Below, in pieces: positions 29,560 to 37,288 of a stretch of 64,000 nucleotides of DNA. The DNA is from Dehalococcoidia bacterium (GTDB lineage Bacteria; Chloroflexota; Dehalococcoidia; Lucifugimonadales; UBA3495). The notes below the pieces were generated by a model, which was not told the DNA's origin, did not search any database, and was given only the letters and a program-made list of their open reading frames with translations. A program made the position numbers and the translations under genes. Location of the stretch: the NCBI GenBank assembly GCA_965226915.1, contig CBDDEJ010000002.1, forward strand, positions 102,798 to 166,797, written 5' to 3'. The stretch's first letter is position 1. The number at the start of each line of letters is the position of its first letter.

Positions 29560-30006
29560 GTGCCAGGGAATCCAAAGAGGGAGTTTGCCCCGCACAAGTG
29601 GGCAGTAGGCACAACCTTCGAATGGGAATTCGATTTCCCCATCACCACCAACCCCACCTACGAGGCCAAGCCGGCACCTAAACGCAAGACCAGGACGTCT
29701 GCCAATCCAAAAGCAGTATCCTCTCGTGCCCGTAAAACCCCGAAACCCGCGACGGTCCAAACCGCAAAGCCGAAAGCATCCGAGAAGCCAAAGAGAGTCC
29801 GCCTAGCCCCGGATGAACAACGAGAACGAGCTCGGGCACGCGCCGTTGAAAATCGCCGCAAGCTCAAAGAATTGAGCATCTGCAAAGATTGTCGGAAACC
29901 TGCCCTGCCCGGGCAGGTCCGTCGCTCATCCTGCACTGATAAGCACCGCAAGTCATGGAAACCTCGTACATCCAAAGGGGAACGCCAGGACAACGTGATG
30001 AACTAA
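29560..30006 (+). CDS. Hypothetical basic (Lys/Arg-rich) protein with a C-terminal Cys-containing motif
   Basis: 148-aa ORF with KPAPKRKTRTSANPKAVSSRARKTPKPAT... and CKDCRKPALPGQVRRSSCTDKHR. No family recognised. Confidence 0.35.
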   Translation: MPGNPKREFAPHKWAVGTTFEWEFDFPITTNPTYEAKPAPKRKTRTSANPKAVSSRARKTPKPATVQTAKPKASEKPKRVRLAPDEQRERARARAVENRRKLKELSICKDCRKPALPGQVRRSSCTDKHRKSWKPRTSKGERQDNVMN

Positions 30007-30120
30007 TGCCACACCATGGTCTGCAAGCGCGGACACCGCACACCGAGCAGGCCTTCCAGCCCTCGCACTCAACCGTCGATGCTCTATAATCACAACGTAG
30101 CGTTAAGAGGACAACACACG

Positions 30121-30963
30121 ATGTACTCACCCGAATTTCAACACCTGCTGGACTTCCTGGACAGCAACCCCGAGTACCTGCAAGACATGCGGACCCGGCT
30201 GCTGATGCCCGACCTCATCGCCCTGCCGGAGCAATTCGCCCAGCTGGTCGGCCTCGTGACCGGCCTCAGCGCCAGCTTACAAGCTTTTGCCGAAGCCACC
30301 AACCACCGGCTGGATGCATTGGAAGACCATGCCGCGGAAACAAACCGCCGCCTCACGTCAATCGAAACCGACGTGGGTGTTCTCAAAACCGACGTCAGCA
30401 CCCTCAAAGAGGATGTGGGCACCCTCAAGGCCGACGTAGGAACCCTGAAAACCGACGTAGGAACCCTGAACACCAACGTGGCGTCCCTGAACGGCAGCGA
30501 TCTCGAAAACCGCGCCCGACTGAACATCCTGAACATCGCCATGAACGAACTCGCGCTCAACAGAGGTCGTGTTCTGCTCGCCACTGGCCGCGACACCGAA
30601 CCAAGGTTCCTGGCCACCATCAACGCTGCCGAGGAAGCCGGCCTCATAACGGAGCAGCAAGCGGACCACGTCCTAGTCGCGGACATCATCATCCGCGCCC
30701 GCCGCGCCGACGACAAGCAATACGTACACGCCGTGTTTGAAGTCTCGCGCACCATCAGGCTGGACGACATCACGAGAGCACACAGCCGGGCCGCTACGGT
30801 CGCGGCCGCGACCGGTGAACCCACCATCGCCGCCGTAGTCGGCGAGGCGATCCAGCCGCCACAGCAACAGGAGGCCGACGAGGTGGGCGTCAAGGTCCTG
30901 TTGCCGCCCATGCTCCGGCAGCAGACGCAGAGCACAGACGAAACGGCGGACCCCATCTGCTGA
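30121..30963 (+). CDS. Hypothetical coiled-coil protein with six heptad repeats (xDVGTLK) and a C-terminal globular domain
   Basis: ORF 30016..30963. ATG 30121 is preceded by AAGAGGA. The repeat block reads ETDVGVLKTDVSTLKEDVGTLKADVGTLKTDVGTLNTNVASLN. The C-terminal ...ADIIIRARRADDKQYVHAVFEVSRTI... is faintly PD-(D/E)XK-like (weak). Confidence 0.5.
   Translation: MYSPEFQHLLDFLDSNPEYLQDMRTRLLMPDLIALPEQFAQLVGLVTGLSASLQAFAEATNHRLDALEDHAAETNRRLTSIETDVGVLKTDVSTLKEDVGTLKADVGTLKTDVGTLNTNVASLNGSDLENRARLNILNIAMNELALNRGRVLLATGRDTEPRFLATINAAEEAGLITEQQADHVLVADIIIRARRADDKQYVHAVFEVSRTIRLDDITRAHSRAATVAAATGEPTIAAVVGEAIQPPQQQEADEVGVKVLLPPMLRQQTQSTDETADPIC
30364..30489 (+). repeat. Six tandem 21-bp coding repeats
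   Basis: The units are variants of AAAACCGACGTAGGAACCCTG, at 30364, 30385, 30406, 30427, 30448 and 30469. Confidence 0.85.
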
Positions 30964-31026
30964 ACGCAGAGCGAACGCCCCGCTGGCGCGTCGCGAGTGT
31001 CACACCGCCCAGCTATAGCCCGCACT

Positions 31027-31338
31027 TCAACGCCGCGGTTCTTGGCGCAGTTCGGCGCCTACGCTGGTGATGCAGTCCGCGCCGTACTGTAGGACCAAGG
31101 CTTCGCAGCCCGAGATCTGCGTGATGAGAGCACCTGATGGGCGTCGATAATGCCCTGTCCAGACGGACAACAGAAAGGCAGGGCCTGGGGCGCAGCCCAG
31201 GTCCAGGTGCCGGTCAACCAGTTGGGGTAGGCCCAAGTGCAAGGCCAGGCTGGCCGGAAGGAGCAGCCCGGCCTTGGTAACCAGGCGGTGGTCGTCTAAG
31301 GCGATGCGGATGCCGTCGGGGTGGTGGCGTGGCAGCAT
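31027..31338 (-). pseudogene. IS1380-family transposase 5' fragment (different lineage from copies A/B)
   Basis: The 103-aa ORF reads ...IRIALDDHRLVTKAGLLLPASLALHLGLPQLVDRHLDLG...YGADCITSVGAELRQEP. This resembles the N-terminal region of actinobacterial-type IS1380 transposases and is truncated after ~100 codons. Confidence 0.4.
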
Positions 31339-31477
31339 CTATTGGGTGCTCCTTTTCTGGGGTCGGTTTTCTGTTTCAAAACCATTATCCCAGAAGCACG
31401 GGAGCACCTTCTTACCGCTTCACGTCGCTGACCCGACGCCCTCCTTCGGTGGATTCGGGTTAAGGAGGCCTTACAAG

Positions 31478-32752
31478 ATGCCATTCGAAGTATTCAGTCC
31501 ACTCATGAGATGCGCGGAAATTCATGCTGCACACGTCAGGTTAAGTGGCGCCGCTTCGTGTTACAACCAAATAGACACCGTAAGAGGTGGGAATATACCC
31601 ACGTGGACCTCCTCAGGGAAATACGTCCATGTGATAGCTAGGGTAGACCGGCATGGCGACATTCTTGATTTCACTTCCGAAGACGAAACTCAGGCAAACG
31701 CCTTGGCCTTGCCTCCGCAAGCTCTTTTGACTCGAAGACCTGGCATCACGACCTTTTCCGAATATGCGAAGATGTACTATGAAGCCTCTAGACTAATTCC
31801 CATATCGTCACTCAACCTTCAGGGCATGTTTGACTATGGGGCCAGAGGTAAACATTACTGGACCACGGAAGCAGGCATTGGGCAAGCTTTGGCTTTCGCT
31901 CAGCAGGTCGCCTTCACCTTGGAGCTTTCGTTGAAAGCCCTCTTGGAAGTAACCGGTAAATTGCTCACGGTTTCCAAGAAGGATTGGCAAGTTCATGACC
32001 TAGCTGCCCTTCATAGTCTGCTAGAGCAGGCGGATCAACAGTTTTTACAACAGCGATGGCAGTCCAGCTCACCATCAGAACGCTCTAACTACAACTCTTT
32101 ATTGGACTTTCTTACGGCTGTCAGAAACCTCTACATGGACTTGCGATACATACCCACTCTGAAAAACGCCAATCTCTCCATGGACACCCAAGCGATGCTG
32201 AATGCTTCACTCATTGTATTGAGGAGGTCAGAGAGTTTGGCGCGGCAACTTTCTCCCATCAAGCCCAAAGTGACTGTCTCGACCATCAATCAATCGTCGG
32301 GTGGAGCATCAGTCGGTACCGTCGACCTGCAAAATGTAATGGTCAAAGGCATAGTAAGGTCGATAAACATCCCGGACGACTTCGATCCGAATAGCTTGGT
32401 AGAAGTTGTCATTGATCCAACCTGCTATTTCAACGGTTCGAAACAGATTCCATTTGACGGTGACGTGACAGCAGGCTTTAGAAGGTGTGATGTCGAAAGC
32501 TACTTCGGCCTAGAAGGAGAGGAAGTTATGCTTGGGGGACGGGTCACCGCTGCTGAACCGTCGCTGTTGATGCACGCTCAACATGTTGGCCAATTCAACC
32601 GAGAGGCGTCTTACAAGGTCGAAACCCGGACTGTAAAGGGACAAGCTTACAACCTGATTCCGCGGGAAACGAGTTACAAAGATTCAACCAAAGTAACACT
32701 GATTCTTCGTGATGTGACGTTCTACGAACTGGCGGCGGGAGGTGTCAGGTGA
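31478..32752 (+). CDS. Orphan hypothetical protein (424 aa) with central HEPN-like helical region and beta-rich C-terminal domain
   Basis: ORF 31274..32752. ATG 31478 is preceded by AAGGAGG at 31462-31468. Motifs: AFTLELSLKALLEVTGKLL...WQVHDLAALHSLL...LYMDLRYIP. The gene is visibly more AT-rich than its flanks. The last ~9 codons (YELAAGGVR*) probably belong to an IS21 istA remnant. Confidence 0.5.
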   Translation: MPFEVFSPLMRCAEIHAAHVRLSGAASCYNQIDTVRGGNIPTWTSSGKYVHVIARVDRHGDILDFTSEDETQANALALPPQALLTRRPGITTFSEYAKMYYEASRLIPISSLNLQGMFDYGARGKHYWTTEAGIGQALAFAQQVAFTLELSLKALLEVTGKLLTVSKKDWQVHDLAALHSLLEQADQQFLQQRWQSSSPSERSNYNSLLDFLTAVRNLYMDLRYIPTLKNANLSMDTQAMLNASLIVLRRSESLARQLSPIKPKVTVSTINQSSGGASVGTVDLQNVMVKGIVRSINIPDDFDPNSLVEVVIDPTCYFNGSKQIPFDGDVTAGFRRCDVESYFGLEGEEVMLGGRVTAAEPSLLMHAQHVGQFNREASYKVETRTVKGQAYNLIPRETSYKDSTKVTLILRDVTFYELAAGGVR

Positions 32753-33713
32753 TCGCACTGGAGCAAGCCCGGCAGCACCTGGAAACCCTGGGCCTCAAGC
32801 AGGCTGTCGAGGTACTGGACAATACCCTGGACGCCGCGGCCAGCAAGCAGTTGCCCTATCCGGAGATGCTGGCCGAACTGCTGGGCGTCGAAGTGGCTGC
32901 CCGAAGAGAACGCTACCTCACCACCCGGACCCGCCTGGCCCACCTGCCCTCCCAGCGCACCCTGGAGCAGTTCGACTTCGGCTTCCAGCCCTCGGTAGAT
33001 GAACGGCTGGTCAAAGAACTGGCCAACCTGGCCTGCGTCGCGGAAGCCACCAACATCCTGCTGCTGAGGCCGCCCGGCGTGGGCAAGACCCATCTGGCCA
33101 TCGCACTGGCCCTCAAGGCCATCGCACAGGGCTCGGGGCCTACTTCGTGCGGGCCTACGACCTGATGGAGGACCTGAGGGAGGCCCGTATCGAACACAAC
33201 CTGGACCGGCGGATGGAGGTGTACCTCCCCCCCAGTGTGCTCATCGTGGACGAGTTCGGCATCTGGCCCGATGACTGGGAGTCAGCCACCGCCTTCTTCA
33301 CCCTGGTCTCTGCCCGGTACGAGCGTGGGAGCATCATCGTGACCTCCAACAAGGGCTTCGGCGAGTGGGGCGAACTGCTGGGGGACGGTGTCATAGCTGC
33401 AGCCATCCTGGACCGCCGGCTGCACCACAGCCACGTATTGAACATCCGGGGCGAGAGCTACCTGCTCCGGGAGACGCGTCAGGTCGGACTCTTCAGCTCG
33501 CATCACCTGCTGGGCGTCCCCCCAGAGAACGGCAACGGCGATTACGCCGGCTGACGGAGTCCCTGGTCAACAGGACACTGACGGAATCGCGGAGCAGTAG
33601 CAGGGTGGGTTAACTTTACTTCGGCGATACTGAAAACAGGCAGGAGGTGGGACAGCTCTACATCGGCGACAAGGAGAACAAGAACCTGGGTCAGATCACC
33701 ATCGGCGTTGACA
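32722..33713 (+). mobile_element. IS21-family 3' fragment (istA tail, frameshifted istB, terminal repeats)
   Basis: The GC shift at ~32720 coincides with the overlapping stop/start typical of istA/istB. Downstream of istB are three direct TCGGCG(A/T) repeats, and the end reads ...GTTGACA (33713). Confidence 0.55.
32749..33554 (+). pseudogene. istB: IstB-like ATP-binding helper protein of IS21, frameshifted
   Basis: ORFs 32749..33165 and 33147..33554 are in different frames. Motifs: Walker A RPPGVGKTHLAIAL, Walker B LIVDEFG, and C-terminal LDRRLHHSHVLNIRGESY. Confidence 0.8.
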
Positions 33714-33830
33714 ATCGGGCCACCTCCGCCACCTCATCTATCCCAACAGCCACCGCCTCACCTCACCACCGGTTAACTGACCCTATTCTATCCGTCCTTA
33801 AACTGCGGCTGTAGTACTAGAGAACGACAG

Positions 33831-34826
33831 TTAGGGTGGGTCAAGACTTAGTCGGTGCTGACACGGCGCCGGGATGTGCGCCTGGGCCTCCATTCTCACC
33901 ACGTCGGCCCAGCTGGCGAATTGCGCCGTCACCCCGGCCGCCTGAGCAGGCGTCTGACCACCCAACCCTTCTTGGCACGTAAACAGGTTGCGTGTGATCA
34001 CCCAGCCATGGGTGTAAATGTGAAGGCTTCCCTGGTTGCGGACCCTGTCGAATCTCTGCAGGATTCGGCAGGACGCGGTCACCGGTTCCTTCACCAATGG
34101 GCTTGTTCCGTCCCCGCCAGTGTCGATCGCTTCCTGGAGTTGGATCCCGGCTGTTTCGGTCAATTCCTCTCTGAGCAGGACTAGTGCGGGCCCTTCATTA
34201 CCAACACCCGAAAGTCTTCCTCCGGTCGTCCAGACCCCGTAGTAAGCTACGGACACTGGCGGGCTGGCAGAGGAAGCCAGTGCTTTGCGGACCACGGCCC
34301 GTGGAGATCCGTCATTTCTTATAGGCGGAATTTGGTACGAGAGAATGTACCCGGTGTCCTTGTCCATCATGAACCAGGCAGACTCGAAATAACTGCCCTT
34401 GATGCCCCACAGCGACCACCTCCCGCTGCTCGGGACTTTGGTTTCCTGAAGTGAGGCCATCGCCGCGACGCTGTATCTGAGGACCCAATGCCGGACGGTC
34501 TGCAGCGAGATACCGATTTCCTCGTCCTCCGTGGACCACATCTCCTTGAGGCGCGCTGCTGTCTTACTGAAGGATCGGCCGCTGTATACCATCTGAACTG
34601 CCGGCCCGATGATTTCAGGGGAATAGTGCCGCCCCCCCACCGCTCCTTCTCGCCATTTTTTGCCGCAACCTCGGCACAGGAATCTCTGGCGACCGCGTGG
34701 TCTTCCATTGCGAACAACGTGCTCCGACTGGCAGCGAGGGCAAACCTCCTGGTTCTGGGTCTGATCCATACCCGCTTGTTCAGAGGTCCCGATGTTTTCC
34801 CGCATCCCGTACATCAATCGCACCAA
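33831..34826 (-). CDS. Zinc-ribbon transposase-like protein (IS1 InsA/IS6-type N-terminus; family unresolved)
   Basis: 331-aa ORF. The CPRCQSEHVVRNGRPRGRQRFLCRGCGKKW zinc ribbon and a C-terminal ...GGQTPAQAAGV... tail are typical of small DDE transposases. I cannot place the catalytic D/D/E by eye. Confidence 0.45.
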   Translation of the reverse strand: MVRLMYGMRENIGTSEQAGMDQTQNQEVCPRCQSEHVVRNGRPRGRQRFLCRGCGKKWREGAVGGRHYSPEIIGPAVQMVYSGRSFSKTAARLKEMWSTEDEEIGISLQTVRHWVLRYSVAAMASLQETKVPSSGRWSLWGIKGSYFESAWFMMDKDTGYILSYQIPPIRNDGSPRAVVRKALASSASPPVSVAYYGVWTTGGRLSGVGNEGPALVLLREELTETAGIQLQEAIDTGGDGTSPLVKEPVTASCRILQRFDRVRNQGSLHIYTHGWVITRNLFTCQEGLGGQTPAQAAGVTAQFASWADVVRMEAQAHIPAPCQHRLSLDPP

Positions 34827-35088
34827 CCTGCGACGCGCAAATTATCCCCCATTTTGCAACGATTTAAATTTGACCGGTTTTCGAGGGATCTTCGGACCGA
34901 ATTGGCCTTCAGGCCGGCCCTCTTCGGACTGCATCGGCCCGTCTTGGAGTGTATGAGACCTTAATCCTAATGATAAAACGGGAACCTCCATGTTTAACCT
35001 ACATTGGATGCACCACGTGCGAGGTGGTCTCCGTAGCGGCGTCTGCACTACCCAAGTTCTACTAAACCCTGACGAGAGGTGAAACATC

Positions 35089-35295
35089 ATGGAACTCGAA
35101 GACCTGAGGCTGCTGCGCCTGCCGGAAGTGCTGGCGCTGGTCGGCGTCAGCCGAAGCACGCTCAACGCCATGGTGGCAAGGGGCGAGTTTCCGCCACCGA
35201 TTCTGGTCGGGAGGCGGGCAATCGCGTGGCCGGCATACGTGGTGGCTGGTTGGCTAGAGAACCGCCCCTCGGCCCGTCCGTCGGTGTCTGGATAG
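35089..35295 (+). CDS. AlpA-family transcriptional regulator/excisionase (HTH_17)
   Basis: The 68-aa ORF reads LLRLPEVLALVGVSRSTLNAMVARGEFPPPILVGRRAIAWPAYVVAGWLENR. Confidence 0.85.
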   Translation: MELEDLRLLRLPEVLALVGVSRSTLNAMVARGEFPPPILVGRRAIAWPAYVVAGWLENRPSARPSVSG

Positions 35296-35308
35296 ACAAG
35301 ACGGCTCC

Positions 35309-37042
35309 ATGACCACGCAGGAATTTCTCATAGCACTGTGGGGCAACCCTCCGCCGGGAAAAGTCCTGGTCTGGACGCTGCCCGGGAAGACGTCCACCTG
35401 GTACGACCACTTCGACACCATCGACGAGGACATGCTGAGGCACGAGAACGACGAGGTCTACACGGGAGTGGGGCTCGCGCCCAGGGAAGGCGTGAGACTC
35501 AGCCGCCGCAACCGGCTCCGGGGGTGGGATGTCGCAGGGACCCCCGGCCTGTGGGCAGATATCGACGTGGCGCACCCTGTGCACGCAAAGTCGGAGCGGC
35601 TGCCACCCAACCTGGCACAGGCCATCGATGCCATTGGCGAGCTGCCCTTCCGACCCAGCATCCTGGTGGACAGCGGGCACGGCCTCCAGGTGTGGTGGAT
35701 CTTTGAGTCCCCCTGGCTCTTCTCCGGTCCCGAGGAACGGGACCTGGCCCGCAGGGTCAGCCAGTGGTGGCATCGAACCATCCAGGATGTATTCGCCCGG
35801 CACGAGTGGGTCATCGACTCCACCTTCGATTTGGCCCGCGTGATGCGCCTGCCCGGCACATGGAACAATAAGGACCGGCGCGACCGGAAGCCCGTCGAGG
35901 TCGTCGAGAGCACAGGAGAGCGGTACCGCCGGGAGACCTTTCTGAGCCTGGTGCCCGAGGACTTCGAGGCCACACCTATGAGGGGGAGGAAAGGGCGAAG
36001 TCGAGGCGCCAGAGAGAAAACTCCGTCAGGGAGCGGCTTGATCCTGGACCCCGAGGCCGAACCGTCCCTCCTCAGGATGGAGACGCTCATCGAGGGGGAC
36101 CCTCTTTTCCGGAGGACATGGGAGCACAACCGCAAGGACCTGCCGGATCCGAGCCCCAGCGGCTACGACATGTCTCTGGCGTCCCAAGCCATCCGGAGCG
36201 AATGGCCGGACCAGGAGGTAGTAAACCTTCTGATCGCCTTCCGCCGCAAACACCGCCTTCCCCCCAAACTGAGGCTCGATTACTACGAGGCCACCCTGGA
36301 AAAGGCCAAGCGCCCCATGGAACGCGAGCGGCTTGTGAGGGCAGCTTTGGACCGTGTGACGTCTAGCAAGACTGTTGGCGCCGGTAATGCGGCGGGCGCT
36401 CAAGGCGAGGATGAAGATGGTACTCAGACAGTCGAGGACGAAGGAGTACGGCGCGCCGAAATCTTGGAGGCCCTGTCCGTACTGTTTGAAAGGATCGCCG
36501 TGCTGAGATTGGAGAGTTTCCGCGGCCGCACCACGACATACGTAATGACTACTGACAGGGGCACCGTCTACCTCGACAGCACCAAGGACGCCCTGAGTCA
36601 GAGCCGGTTCATTGAGCGGGTAGCGGACGGTACGCATCAGGTGCTGAACCTAAAGGGCAGAAAGGTCCGGTGGTCCGACGTTGCGCAGCTCATTCTGGAT
36701 GCGTGCGTTGACCGTGACATGGGGGAGGTGACGAGTCCAGAGATTGAGTGCGAGGTGTGGATTGATATGTATCTAAATGACCGGCCGATTGTGGAGGATC
36801 CAGACGATGCTGCGGCGGAACGGATCCCGCTTCTGTATGAGTCCAGGATCCACATTAATCTCAATGACCTATCCCAATGGTTGCGCACGCAACTAGGGAT
36901 CACGAAAGACACTCATGATCTTGCCCAGCAACTCACCAGGTCTGGATGGACGCCCGAGCGGAAAAATGTGCGCGTGGGAGACCGCCGTACCACCTACCGG
37001 TGCTGGCGGTCTGGTGAGGACTACGAGCTAGGGAACGAGTAG
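35309..37042 (+). CDS. Primase-polymerase (AEP superfamily, PrimPol-like) replication protein
   Basis: 577-aa ORF. Motifs: WADIDVAHPVH, ILVDSGHGLQVWWIF and ARVMRLPGTWNNK (AEP motifs I-III pattern). The C-terminal ~300 aa have no motif I recognise. Confidence 0.7.
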   Translation: MTTQEFLIALWGNPPPGKVLVWTLPGKTSTWYDHFDTIDEDMLRHENDEVYTGVGLAPREGVRLSRRNRLRGWDVAGTPGLWADIDVAHPVHAKSERLPPNLAQAIDAIGELPFRPSILVDSGHGLQVWWIFESPWLFSGPEERDLARRVSQWWHRTIQDVFARHEWVIDSTFDLARVMRLPGTWNNKDRRDRKPVEVVESTGERYRRETFLSLVPEDFEATPMRGRKGRSRGAREKTPSGSGLILDPEAEPSLLRMETLIEGDPLFRRTWEHNRKDLPDPSPSGYDMSLASQAIRSEWPDQEVVNLLIAFRRKHRLPPKLRLDYYEATLEKAKRPMERERLVRAALDRVTSSKTVGAGNAAGAQGEDEDGTQTVEDEGVRRAEILEALSVLFERIAVLRLESFRGRTTTYVMTTDRGTVYLDSTKDALSQSRFIERVADGTHQVLNLKGRKVRWSDVAQLILDACVDRDMGEVTSPEIECEVWIDMYLNDRPIVEDPDDAAAERIPLLYESRIHINLNDLSQWLRTQLGITKDTHDLAQQLTRSGWTPERKNVRVGDRRTTYRCWRSGEDYELGNE

Positions 37043-37047
37043 GCCTT

Positions 37048-37179
37048 GAGACCACCCCAACCTTCCGTGTGAGTCACTGAGTCAGCGTCGCGTCAGCGGT
37101 CCCCCTCCGAACTATTCAAGCAGATAGAAACTGACGCGACGCTGACTCAGTGACTCACACGGAAGGTTGGGGTGGTCTC
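37048..37179. repeat. Perfect 49-bp-arm inverted repeat with 34-nt spacer (candidate replication origin or cruciform)
   Basis: Left arm (37048-37096) is GAGACCACCCCAACCTTCCGTGTGAGTCACTGAGTCAGCGTCGCGTCAG. Its exact reverse complement lies at 37131-37179. Confidence 0.9.
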
Positions 37180-37288
37180 AGTAGGGGGTTATGCCGACCG
37201 GTGGTGTATTGACACCCGGAAGGAGAGCACCCAGGGCCATCCCACACAGGACTCAACGGGCCTTAGATTTGTACGGGCAGGTGACTCA

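Noticed and set aside
28875-29657. 260-aa minus-strand ORF
   Set aside because: It is chimeric. Only the ~29264-29530 part resembles a tyrosine recombinase. The 3' part overlaps the resolvase gene out of frame, and the middle crosses the res-like repeats.
34876-34892. GACCGGTTTTCGAG, resembling the tRNA-Leu anticodon-arm sequence ACCGGTTTTTGAG, as a possible distal att site
   Set aside because: The similarity is limited to ~12 nt and does not extend into the flanking tRNA sequence. I could not find a convincing repeat of the tRNA 3' end by eye anywhere in 23.8-41.7 kb, so the distal att site remains undefined.
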